Below, one piece after another: positions 47,270 to 59,150 of a stretch of DNA of 64,000 bases; position 1 is the stretch's first letter; the number at the start of each line of letters is the position of its first letter. A program made the position numbers and the translations under genes. The stretch covers positions 17,288,357 to 17,352,356 of the forward strand of contig OZ316892.1 in assembly GCA_973895155.1 (NCBI GenBank). Reading direction: 5' to 3'. Origin of the DNA: Marsupella aquatica. Lineage: Eukaryota > Plantae > Marchantiophyta. The notes under the pieces were generated by a model. It searched no databases and was not told where the DNA came from. It was given only the letters and a program-made list of their open reading frames with translations.

Positions 47270-48500
47270 AGCGCCTTCACCAGTCCCAGCACCCACGCCT
47301 AAGTGCCCTTGGTGCCCGAAAACCTCCACGGGATACCTCGAGCAAGCGTCCTTAGTGTTCCTTGCACCCCCAGTGGCCCCTCCCATACGAAGCCGCACTT
47401 GCTCTCCAACACGACCACTATTCAACGATCCTCATTGTTTGCACAAGCAACCAAGCGTCTCGATAAGTAACCCTTCAAGATCTAGATTTCTCAAGTCTAG
47501 CATCCTAAGTCAAGCTCGACAGACATTGGTAAGTAGGTCAGCAATAGGTCCTCCCAATGCCATAAGCCAAAACCAGAACCGACGTCCACTATTCATCCAA
47601 AATAGCTCCTTCCTTGGGCACAGCCTGGGTTCCCCCTCGTACCTATCCATCACCGACTGACCGCTGCCCCCAAGACATGCTCATGACCCAATTAGCGTAG
47701 CTTGTCCTAAAGTTTATCCCAAGCTTGTCCTTACATGCCAGGACCAGAATGGCCCCGACTTTAGCAACCAACTCCCAGTTCTCGCCCCACTGATGGTCTA
47801 GGGGCCAAGTGCCCTTGGAACTCAACCTCCATGCTTACTTGGCCTTGCCTCCCCAACGCAAGCTCCCTTGAGAGAATGAACGCGACTTGGCTACTGTTTC
47901 GACAGGACTTGGCAAGCGGTTGAGATAACACCCGCAAACCTTGAGAACCTACAACGCCCCCAGACCCAGCTGAGCTCAAGAGGATGTAGCCCTCCTCGAG
48001 AGCTTTCCAACACACCCAAGAAGTTGAGAAGTTATTGTAGTTTCCGTTTGGCATTTTCCCTTAGTGTCGCAACCGCCGCGACTCACGATTTCGGCTCGCC
48101 CTTAGGGAGACACCACTCCCCTCATATATGCTTCTTGAAACCTGTCACCCCCTGACCAACTTTGGTCCCTAAACTTTTGGTCTCCAACCCAGACCCTATC
48201 CCACATGTCTGGGCGCGCCACCAATGGCAACGCCCATAGTCCGTCCGGGAGTCCGGACGGTTGGCCTTGAGCCCGACCCTTTTCCCCTTGACCCGACCAG
48301 CTTTAAGCTAGTCTAAGTCCTTAGTGTGTGTCACCAGCTTGGTGCCTTGCCTTTGCCAGTGCCTGTCTCATTGCTCACAAGTCTCCCATGCTAAGTCCTC
48401 CCCATATGGCCTATCCGGGCCTGGACCATAAGGGAGCTCGGCGTCGGAGTCAGCGATGCCAGAACTAAGTGTTAAAGTAATCGAGTTCCGCGAGTACTTG
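47270..48500 (-). mobile_element. LTR-like dispersed repeat, copy 2, with an internal deletion relative to copy 1
   Basis: Colinear with 28680-30150 but lacks ~29650-29900. Shares ggaccataagggagctcggcgtcggagtcagcga.gcc...ctaagtgttaa. Confidence 0.65.
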
Positions 48501-51500
48501 ACTTCACAGAAACCAGGTTAATGCACCTCATGAGAACCAATGGAGGGCCACAACACAACCAAACTTAGATTGATGGTGGAAGGTGAGTGTATGTCCAATA
48601 GCCTAGGCAAGGGGATTATCTTTTGTATTAGAGTCAATTTGTGGTATCCATGAGTGCACAGCATGCAACAATTTTTTGTCCCTACTCAAGATTGAAATAA
48701 ACTTCCAGAAATGCACAGTTATATAAGCAGTAACATTTGACAGCAAAGGAAAAAATATGTTACTGCAAAAGAAATTTCTACTCGCAACAGTTGGGTTTGC
48801 CTGCATGGTACGATACCCTATGTAACCCGCACCAAACACTTATTGGTCCATTCTTTACTTTCTTTGTAGGCATGAATCTGGGCTAGTGAACTGATTGTTA
48901 GTTTTCTGACCACTGGAGAAGAACTGAATTGAAATTATTGAGTTTCTTGGTGTTTTGCTCTTACTGAAGTTCTCAATTGGACTGAATTGCTTTATCTCGA
49001 TTTGACTTCTCCTCTGGACAGTGACATAATATTGTCCTTCTCTTGTTCCACTGTCTGCTTTCTTCAAAAAGTTGTTTAAACATCAAAAACGTCCTCTGAG
49101 ATGTCGGTTCAATGTTCAATAAAATTCTGGGGCTGAAATCCGGGAATGTATCCGGGCTGCATTAATTGGACTTCTGTCACAAAAGTTGGCACTATTTCTT
49201 GGTCAGGTCCTAATTTTCCTGGCTACTACATGATTATCGGACGTATTTCTTCAGCATCACTTGACATGCAGTCAACAAATTTAAGCGAACCTGTATACAA
49301 TCTCACTGGATCAAGGAGCCCCCTTGAGAATTAACTGATGAGAAGAATATCTTTACTCATTGACATTCTGGATGATTGCTCGTTCCTGGACCTTTGCGCG
49401 ATGTCGACTAGCCGTCTTCAGTTCAGTCACAAAACCAATTCCACGCAATGGCATCGCGACATACAGTGGTTGGCTTCACAAAATCAACTTCGCGCATCGA
49501 CAATCGTGAGCTCTGGTTAAATTAAACCTAGTAGGTTGGCGTCTGATACTAGTACGCGGAATTGATCGTTCTGCTGCTGGATACCCTCCATCATCCGAGT
49601 TCTACTTCAGCTTGCAGCTTATTTCATCTTTACTGCCCACCCATCCTAAACATGTATGGAGATCTTCACATTCTGCCCCTTTGCTCTGGCCTGGGCAGCT
49701 CATTGTCGACCATTCATTGGAGCAAGCTCTGGTGGGCTTGTTCGTTCACCTTACTCCCCTCCTTTAGGACCTCAGTGTAAGCGTCATTCACTCTCTTCGT
49801 CTTTCCTTCAGGAGCTCCGTGTGATGCTCCTCAGCTGACTGCAAACATTGGGTACATAGGTGACCAATTTTAGTCTATTGTTGTTCCTACAGGATGCACA
49901 ACTCTTCTCCCTATTGTTTTCTAAGCTTCTCTTCATCCTCAAGTTCCTTCCTAAGCTTCTCTTGCTGCTCCTGGTCTATCCTTTGCTGGAGCATTAATTT
50001 CTTGCTCAACTTTTATCTCTTCTCTTTGTTGTCCTGGTCACAAGGTATCGATACGGTGATGAACATGATGTTGATGGGGTCCTTGAAGGATTGTCCGATA
50101 TGGCTTGCTATATTTCTTCATCCGAATTCTGTCAGATTGCATTCCAGAAGAGCATAGATTCTAAACTCACCCATACTGTGAAATTGACGAGAATGTGAAC
50201 TTTTTTAGCCTTGAACAAACCAATTGAATGTGAACTTTTGAAGTCTACAGACAGTGTCACAGGAAAACAGTAAGGTGATTTGGCAAGTTTCTTTCAAATT
50301 GACAGAGTTTTTTAGGGCGAAGAGGCGAGCTGTAATCAACTAGGTTCCTTATCACGGTTACATGTCCATTCCTGACGAATAGGAGTGCTACAATTGAAAA
50401 TGTAGTTCATCAGCTAGATTCGCAGGTAGCGTTATGTGAACATTAGAGAAAAGTGGTACTCAATCAGGCTTGAGGTGACCATGAGGCACCTATCACCGCT
50501 TGCGTGGGATCTCCTTACTTTAAGGTCCACCGGGATTACTTTAAGGATTGTGGGAAATTAAAGTAACCCTTTCTTCACCTTTTCGATGGACCGATGATGA
50601 AAATGGAGGTGATTGCGTATACAACATACATTATTACTTGCATTTGAAGCAAAAGCTTGAAGTCGGACAATTTCAAACAGCCCTGTTCCGCTCTCCCGCT
50701 GAGTTCGTTACCGGAGATCATTGTCTACAAAGTTTTTACAAGTACTCATTGTTAATTTAGAATGCCTGCCTTTATACTGTAGGCTAAGTTTACGCGGAAC
50801 AGGGATAACAGCAAATATCTGTAACTTACACTATCACTGATCATTTCAAAGGTGTCATACCATATGCTCGAGCCAGTATTGGGGTTGAGTTTTACTCTCA
50901 TCGCAAAACAGTTTTGCTCGTCAGCCAAGACTGAATTTGGATCTTCGTGAAATTTTTTAAGCTTTGTCTTTTGTGATACGTTAAGATTAGCAAGTACAGA
51001 CCACAGACCCCGGGCCAGTTCTGTTTACTAATAATCCTGACCTGAGGTGTTCAACTTGTCGTCTTGGAGCAGCAGGGAGCGGAACAGACACCTATGGCGT
51101 TGCCCTAGTTGATGACGGTGGTCCGCAAGCAGCACGCCAGCTGCGTCCTGAACGCAGCAGATCGTGACACCACCAACAAAGATCACTAACCACCAGCTGT
51201 CCAACTCGTGCCTTTCCTCACCAACGGCCAGCAGGTTGTTGCGGGTCACATAATTTTTTGATAAAAAGAGGACTGTCACTTTCAGTGCCTAAACCCTGTC
51301 AGCCTCTGCTAATCAACACATAAGGTATTCCATTGGGAGAGAATTCGTCTTTTAAGCTCTTACTTCATCATTCGCCTGCATCCGATCTCTTGCAATCAGC
51401 TGCTGACGATTCTGCAGATTCTCAGAGGCAACTACGCATCTCAATGTCTGGACACTTAACTTTGACAACGTTTTGAAATATCCAGCACATTTCCTTTTGG

Positions 51501-52704
51501 ATTGCCGTGAATGTACAATGTTATGCCCTTTCCTTTCTTTTACACTTTTATTCTGGGCTCCTTCTATCTGTATGACATAGCTGCTCCTATCTGTATCACA
51601 TGGCTCGTTCCATCTGTAAGAGATGGCTCCAGCTAGCTGATAACATACCGGGTGTTTTCTGCTTCCCTGGATTAACCTCACCCAGCAGCAGCGAAGGACG
51701 CCCGACTTATTTGTCACCCAATAGTGCAATGTGGAAGTTCCTGAAGCATTGATACTCAGAACCTGGCGTCGTTTGTTCCAGTAAACTATCAGTGTGGCCC
51801 GTCAGAGTAACCGACTCTTCCATTTCGCCCAGTATGCCTGACACGAAAAAAAGGTTTGAATGGGCACCATCCGCTGGTTCACTGATGCCTGCCTTGCTTG
51901 GGCATCTTCCACCACCCCAGAGGACCACTTATTGTCAGTGAATTCTATCCTATTCTAACCTAACTTTCGAGGCTAACTTTGGTGTAGAGACCTCAAGGGC
52001 AGAATTTTCTCACACTACCAATGATGCCACCAAGCTCGTGACGATCTGAATCCCGTCAATAGTTGAATGTGTCATGTGACATGTCCAAGTGAAAAGGATA
52101 AATGGGGAGTTTCTCGCATTCTCTATTACAAACTAACTAAGATTCCTAGGATTGACACCTGAATTGACTTACCAATGTATGCCCTCCTGTACAACAGAGC
52201 GCTCTCAATTGTTGCCAAGTCCTGCAATGCTTCCGATGGCGAACTCCGAAAATAAGGCTTATGTCCACCCTGTATCGGAATTTCCTAGGAAAGTATGCTG
52301 AGACCTACGAACCACGATTTGAAGCATAGATGCATGCGCCCCAACTGGCGGGTAACAAGGAACGGGGGAGTTCCCCTCTGATTCACTTCGGCGTGCGGAG
52401 ACCATTGTATCGAGACTGCTCGAGTCGTGCTTCCTCAAAACGAACGCCGACGACTCATCTATTGAACTTTTCTCAAGAGGCTACGGCGAGGAATCGAAGC
52501 CAAACTTGTTTTATTTTTACAGAAGCAAATCTCTAGCAATACTCGACTTATTAGCGAGTCAAATCTTGTGAGGGAGTCCAGGAAAAGATCAAAACCCTCG
52601 ATTGCAGAGCTCTCTGTCGCACTCTATCGGACACTTCGTCTGCGAAATTGCTTCTCCCATATGTCATGTCCAGCTAGAGCTCGAGATAAATGGATACGAA
52701 GCGA

Positions 52705-52998
52705 CTACCACCACCCGTAACGAAGATCGATATACTTGTTCTTAATCCAACGCCAACTACTTCTGACCGACGACTTCATTCTCCCTTCGACGGTATACAC
52801 CTTGTAAGACGCCACACGCTTCCTGCGCTTCATTTCAGGGTCCTCCGTTCCAAACCCCCACGAGTTTGACTCCGAAGGCTTGTAACGCTTAATTTGATAC
52901 GGCTCCTCGTAATGTCCTCCGTAAGACTTGGTGCCATAGCCAGCCCCGTTAGAGCCCCCGTTGTACGACTCGCCACGGCGCTCCATAGACATGGACAT
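52705..52998 (-). CDS. DUF3511 family small protein. First in-frame ATG at 52998, possibly extended to a CTG at 53037
   Basis: C-terminal WGFGTEDPEMKRRKRVASYKVYTVEGRMKSSVRSSWRWIKNKY...YGWW is the DUF3511 signature. Confidence 0.9.
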   Translation of the reverse strand: MSMSMERRGESYNGGSNGAGYGTKSYGGHYEEPYQIKRYKPSESNSWGFGTEDPEMKRRKRVASYKVYTVEGRMKSSVRSSWRWIKNKYIDLRYGWW

Positions 52999-53551
52999 GC
53001 CGTAGCTCTTGGACGACGTTCCCGACCGTCCCGCCAGCTTGACAGATTTTTCAGGCCCAAAGAACTGAAACGTCCCCCGATGCAATTCACCACCGTTACG
53101 TCCTCGTCTCTCAGCACTCCGCAGTACTGCAATTCCCGGCTCTTTCTCGATCAATCTCCCCGCTTGACCTCCAACCAACTCCCCACGATATGCAAATGCA
53201 CCGAGTCAGGCCGCTCCACAAACCCGCACTCTCCACGAAAACTTCGGCTCTCCAACTGATTCGATCGTCACACCATTCACGACAAACGGATTCAAGCAAC
53301 CAGAAAGCGAGCGAAGCTGTCCAAACTGATGCACACAATTGACGAGCGAACACCGAAGTGAGATGACTACCGGGATCGAAGGACTGGGGCTGGGACTGGA
53401 GCGATCGCAGCGAGACACCGATCAATAATGCATCGGGTTGACATCGCCACCCTGATTGCAGCCACAGAGGGCTTTACTCCGCTTTAGCCTTTAGGCCTCT
53501 AGCCACCAAACCACTATAGGTTCCATAGTCTGACAAACCGGATCAAAGAAT

Positions 53552-54290
53552 AGGGCTGAAAAGTTATACTTATGTTTGATGGACCCCCAAAATGACAAAT
53601 TCATTCATTCATCTTACTAATATTTACTTGATGGACCACTGAATTAAAATGTTTTACTTGATAGACCCCATGAGCTTTTAGGTACATTGATTTGAGGTCT
53701 ATCAAGGGTCTGGATCACTAATGAGTCCATCAAGTAACACTTTGTATTTTGGGGGTCCATCAAGTATCTGTCTAATACTTAGCGAAGAGAAGTTACTTTA
53801 AGGCCTACAAAGGTCCAGAGTGGTAACTCAACAAGGACAAAACTGAAAATGACTTACTAAGGACAAAGCAGTTAATGATTTACAAAGGACAAAAACTTAA
53901 AATGAGGGTGGACAAAAACAGGAACGGGAGCAAAGATGAACAAAAGTGACATAGACTCGGTATAAAAAAGGGTGGACAATAACCAAGGATGGGGCAAAGG
54001 GGAAGGGGAAATAGTATACAATTTATTTTTTGCAAGGTTTTGTGTCTTCGTATCTATTTACTGTCCAAGGAACCGGTAATCAGACTAGTGTTACTTGATG
54101 ATGACACCCCTAAGTGATCCAGTCCTTTGATGGACTTTAAATTACATGATCAAATCCTCAGTGGATGGGAGTACGTTGATAGACCTTAAGTCAACAGTCC
54201 ACTGATATACTTTAACCCAATATCTCAGTTGTCCCATCAAGTAACAATTTTTCATTTTGGGTATCCATCAAGCAAAACGTCCAAGCTCTT
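53552..54290. mobile_element. Degenerate MITE-like element with inverted subterminal repeats
   Basis: Left tttgatggacccccaaaatgacaaat is the approximate reverse complement of right atttttcattttgggtatccatcaagcaaa. Several internal ttacttgatggacc / gtccatcaagta motifs. Confidence 0.5.
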
Positions 54291-54512
54291 AAGGGGGCTT
54301 TATGAGAGCTAGGCGGCAGCAGATTTGTTTTTTCTATGTGTGAGACGCAGTCCTAGCTATTCAAATGTGGGACTAGGCTGCACTTCACTTTACATGAATT
54401 TGGGGGCACAATCAGGCAAAACTTAGGATCCTAGTCATATGCTAGTGGGCCACTTGTGAGTCCTTTTTATCCTGATGTGTGCATTTTGTCAAAAACTTAG
54501 ACCTTCTCTTGA

Positions 54513-54666
54513 GGTGCTCTAAAAGAATGTACCAAATGACCATTTCTATTCAGGGTCGTAGCGGTTCTTATTTCTAGACCAGACAGAAGTGCTCTAAAAG
54601 AATGGACCAAATGATCATTTCTATTCACTCAGGGTCTTAGCGGTTATTATTTCTAGACCAGACAGA
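54513..54666. repeat. Tandem duplication, ~75 bp x2
   Basis: gtgctctaaaagaatg.accaaatga.catttctattca...agcggtt.ttatttctagaccagacaga occurs twice. Confidence 0.85.
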
Positions 54667-55482
54667 TTGGCTCAATCATTTTCACTGTAGGTGTGCAGCA
54701 TTTTCACGTAGTGTGTGCCAACTGGCCCTCTATTTGCTTTAAATGGAAATACACTGAATTGCCCAGTGTTACAGGAACCGGTCTCCTTCTTCACGATGCC
54801 TGAGATGAACACGCCAACTTCACTTGACTCGAAACTTGGGGGCATCAATAACGTGACAAAACCATTGTTGAACCTAGTGGATGCAAAGGTAGCCATTGAC
54901 ATTCGCCAAACTCACGTTAGTGTAAATGAATTTGGGGGTAAAACGAATACCAATCTAGTGGGCCACTTGTGGGTCCCCTTTTTCGGGACTGTGGCCAATT
55001 TTTAATGTAAAATCTGGCAAACCATTGCCGATCAAGGGTAGCCGTTCAAATGCACTAAACTTCACTTTACTGTACATGAATTTGGGCTAAATTTATTACC
55101 AATCTAGTGGGCCACTTGTGAGCCTTTTGAGAAGTATGTGGCCATTTTTTTTACTGAAATTTATCAACACCTGTTGGTACGGCATTTTTATTCATGATTG
55201 TTTCACCTGTTGGTACGGCATTTTCATTCATATGATTGTGCATTTGTTTTGTCCAGACCTGACACATTTTGGTTCAAGCAATTCAGCTTTGCCTCCAATG
55301 GATAAAAAGTGAAGACCTGGCACATTTAGGCCCAAGCACTTCAACCCGCTTTTGTTTTGGTGTGAACCCAATCCAGAGGAACCCAGAAAGGCAATCAAAA
55401 TAAAGGAACACCCCGAAATAAAAGGCTAAAGGCCTGTCCCAGCCAAAGCTAGAAATAAAACCAACAAATGTCAATATATCCT

Positions 55483-55815
55483 AACCCTACATAGCAAGCA
55501 GTGGTAAGCAGTGGTGGACGCAAGGAAATGCTCATGTGTAGTGCTTACTTGTCTAGAACTTTGGACCACCTCCACTCGTGGGCCTATTCAGGTATGGTGT
55601 CTACCAACCCTACATAGCAAGCAGTGGTAAGCAATGGTAAGCAGTGGTGGACGCAAGGAAATGCTCATGTGTAGTGCTTACTTTGTCTAGAACTTTGGAC
55701 CACCTCCACTAGTGGGCCTATTCAGGTATGGTGTCCACATAGGAAGCAGTGGTGGACTTGGACTCAAGGAAATGCTCATGTGGAGTGCTTGCTCTTTCTA
55801 GAACTTTGGACCAGT
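55483..55815. repeat. ~125-bp tandem repeat x2.6
   Basis: aagcagtggtggacgcaaggaaatgctcatgtgtagtgcttactt.tctagaactttggacca occurs three times. Confidence 0.85.
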
Positions 55816-56036
55816 GGTCCAAACATTTCCAGTCTATGCTGAGAGGAGAACAAGAAGTGGCCTTTGGTGGAAAAAGTCACAAGTTCCCCCCCCTGCTCTT
55901 TTCGCTGAGGATGTCACTAGTACTGTTGCTTATCTCACAAGAGGGAGAGCATGGATCAAGGGATGACGACCAGACTGTTGTTTCGGTTGTTTTTTCCTCG
56001 CATGGGAGAGCGAGTGATAATAATGGAGAACCAATA

Positions 56037-56310
56037 ATGGACCAGAAGCCGAACGAGAAGGTGCTGAAGGTGAAGGCGCTCCTGTAGTCCTTCCTGTTCG
56101 CTCGGGCGCACGAGCTTGTCGCCACTTCAGAGTTGGACATTTTGACGAGAGAAGGCTCCACCACCGCCGAGTGTGTGACGGGGATCATTGGCTAGTTTCT
56201 GCCTCTCGAAGCAATCCGGGACTGCTCTGATCTAAAATTATGTCATGGATCCCGTGAAGGTGAAGGATGGCGACGAGCTTGCAGTCATTCCTTCAACCAG
56301 CGGGGGATGA
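56037..56310 (+). pseudogene. CNX7: Molybdopterin synthase sulfur-carrier subunit (CNX7/MOCS2A/MoaD) pseudogene
   Basis: MDQKPNEKVLKVKALL*SFLFARAHELVATSELDILTREGSTTAECVTGIIG*FLPLEAIRDC, frameshift, NYVMDPVKVKDGDELAVIPSTSGG*. LFARA.EL and the terminal DELAVIP..SGG are MoaD hallmarks. Confidence 0.85.
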
Positions 56311-57124
56311 CGAAACCCTCAATTAACTTCCTTGTCGTTGTCAATTTCTGTTTAGGGCGATAGCAATGTTGACAACGAGTGCCAAGGAGAGCGGTGGAGT
56401 GGAGTGGAAAATTAGTGTCAATGGCAACCTCTGCTGAATTATTGCCGTGAAACATACTGCGAATTGAAATGTAGGCTTGAACTTTAGGTCTTTTCTTAGG
56501 AAGCAGCACTGTCTACCTGTGTGGAGCAGCGAGTGCAAAATTGGTGTCAATGCGACCTATGCAAAATGCATCCAATGCAGAATGCAGAACGCAGAATGTG
56601 CTCAACTGGTCTCAAACAAGATTCATGTTCCCGTGACCGATGGCAAGAGTAGTTGGGATCAGTTGGATCCAGTCCCAACACAAAAGTGATATATTTCTGA
56701 ATATGGTGTGTTGGTGGAAACCAACGGGACTGATCTGTTCCAGTGCAAGGGTTTACTTGATACCTCAGAAAGTTCTCTAAACCAGCCAACTGTTCGAGGG
56801 CCAACTGTCCGAGGAAATGAGTACTGAAGATCTAATAATCTTTGTGATTCGCAAATTCAAGTGATTGTTTAGAGTTCACTTGAAAGAAGTACCACGAGTG
56901 ACTTTCAATATACTCTTTGTAGACAATGGGTACATATTGAATAGTACACCCTGGGTCTCTCAACTCAGAACCTCGTTCATTATTAGGGGTATCCTCGTGA
57001 GCACCATGCCGATCTAACAAGCGTAAAAGTTGTTGACAAGTACGCACAAGATTGTGATTAACTCACAGACTGTCAGGCTTCGGAAAGGAAGCCCTATAAT
57101 TGAAGAGTTCATAGTTGCAGCCAC

Positions 57125-57580
57125 TTTTTCTGTCCTTGTGGAGCATCTCCTAAGTTACCATTTGTGTACTTGGAGATCTCCTATTTGGTAACTATAACTC
57201 TACAAGTAGCACGACAACACATTTATTTTTCTGTCCCTTTAGAGCATCTTGACAGGTTTGAAGGTTTTGGGGTTTGAAGCACAGTACGACAACACAATTT
57301 TTTTTCCTGTCCCTTTAAAGCATCTCGGCAGGTTTGAAGGTTTTTGGGTTTGAAGCATCTCTAAAGGTTAGTGGGTTTGCAGCATCCCCAAAGGTTACTG
57401 GGTTTGGTTCTTATTAGAAGGATATACCCAATCAGGCATTTTTGTCTGTCCCTTTAGAGCATCTGTAATGGTTTATTACTTTGGTTCCTGTAAGGAACAT
57501 CCCCAAATTGACAACACCTCTTTTTTAAGTTTGTTTGTTGTCAAGGAATATACCCAGTTTGACAACATCTTTCTTTTTTA
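57125..57580. repeat. Degenerate tandem repeats
   Basis: Recurring ttttctgtccctttagagcatct and gtttgaaggttttggggtttgaagca. Confidence 0.6.
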
Positions 57581-57755
57581 GTTTACCTTTTATAACAGTT
57601 ACGGTCAAATGAAACTCCGCCCCAACACAGGGAATTATTTTCCTCACTCGACATCAACTCACACCACTTGCTTACAATCTGGAAACCCCAGAACTAACAC
57701 AAATAGAAACTCAAAACCGTATATTGTGTCCCAAGCACAGTAACCCAAAAACCCA

Positions 57756-57820
57756 GTGCCTGGATATCCAATAGCTGGTGCCTGGATATCCAATAGCTGG
57801 TGCCTGGATATCCAATAGCT
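57756..57820. repeat. 22-bp tandem repeat x3
   Basis: gtgcctggatatccaatagctg. Confidence 0.9.
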
Positions 57821-58344
57821 AGACAGTGAAATTCAATATAGTGCGAGTGAAGTATATGGTGTAGTAGACACACTAACCCAAAATTCCAGTGCCTGTGCCT
57901 GGAATTCCAATAACTAGAGAGTGAAATTCAATAGGGTTGTAGTGAATGGGTTAGACCTTACTTTTGACACTTAATTAATTACTGGAGTTAATCACCCAGT
58001 TACAGTACTAAGGCTTTCCAGTAGGAGGGAAATATCGTCGTGCACATACACATCGTTACACAATCTACATCGTTTGTCACACACATGCATATGTAGGCAC
58101 AAACAAACTTAAAAGACTGGGATACAAATCGAACTCATGTCCACACATGTCCAAAATCTACAATAATCTTCAATGAATCTAACAACAATCATAGTCAACA
58201 ATACACAATCAATCCCGTCCAATCTGATCACACGCAAATGTTGAGTCAAACACACCTTGGGCTTCAAGGAATCCGTGTTACATGCATACAAATTTGGCCG
58301 GCCACCATAGCCGCCAAAGCTCATGCTTGAAGCCTACATCAAAA

Positions 58345-59150
58345 GAAGTTGCAAAACTCAACTACCCTAACACTTAGCTCCAGCGTCACTGACTCCGATG
58401 TCAAGCTTCTCTATGGTCTAGGCCTCCTGAGCGGCCATCCAGTTAGGTCTAGGTTTGGGGAGACTAGTGAGCAATGAAGCTTTGCACTAGAAAAGGCGAT
58501 ACGCTAAGCCGTAATGCACACTAATAACTTAACTAGCAATAGGAGCAAGTCGAGTCATGGGGAGGTCCGAGCTCAGGCTAGACCGTCCGGACCCCAAACA
58601 GACTTTGAGTTTCTGAGGGCTTGAGTGAGATCGAGCTCCTCTTGGGCCCAAGGCTAAAAAAGTTTACTTCATGCGCAACGGACCTTTGGCACAGTGCAAT
58701 TGTAGCATCCGGGACCACAGATTGATGGTGGGATCTGAGGACCAAAGCATGAACATTGGGTTGCCCCAATCATAAAGGACTATCATGGCACTTGAGTTAG
58801 TACGTCCAACTAGAAAGTTATGGGCATATCAAGCTAGTTGTGTGTCCATGTGATCAGGTTGGAGTCCAAGTTGAGGGCCAAATATAGGGGACCAAAGTTG
58901 GTCTGGGGTGGCAAGTCTGTAGAAGCATATACAAGGGGAGTGGTGTCTCCTTGGGGGCCAAAGGCAACCCCAAGTTGTGAGTCACAGCGATCGCGACACT
59001 AAAGAGAAACGTCAAACAGAAATGACAATAACTTCTCAACGGGAAGTCCGTTTGAGGCCTTCTTGTATGCGTTGGAAAGCTCTCAAGGAGTACTAAATCA
59101 TCTTGGGCTCAACTAGGTTTTGGGGTGATTTTGGTTCTTGAAGTTTATGG
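58345..59150 (+). mobile_element. LTR-like dispersed repeat, copy 3 (more diverged, 5' half only, opposite orientation)
   Basis: gttgcaaaactcaactaccctaacacttagctccagcgtcactgactccgatg and ggggaccaaagttggtc.ggggtggca...ggggagtggtgtctcc are reverse complements of segments of copies 1 and 2. Confidence 0.6.

Noticed and set aside
28665-48500. One giant LTR retrotransposon bounded by repeat copies 1 and 2
   Set aside because: The copies are clearly diverged with a large indel. The interior holds intron-containing host genes and no gag-pol.
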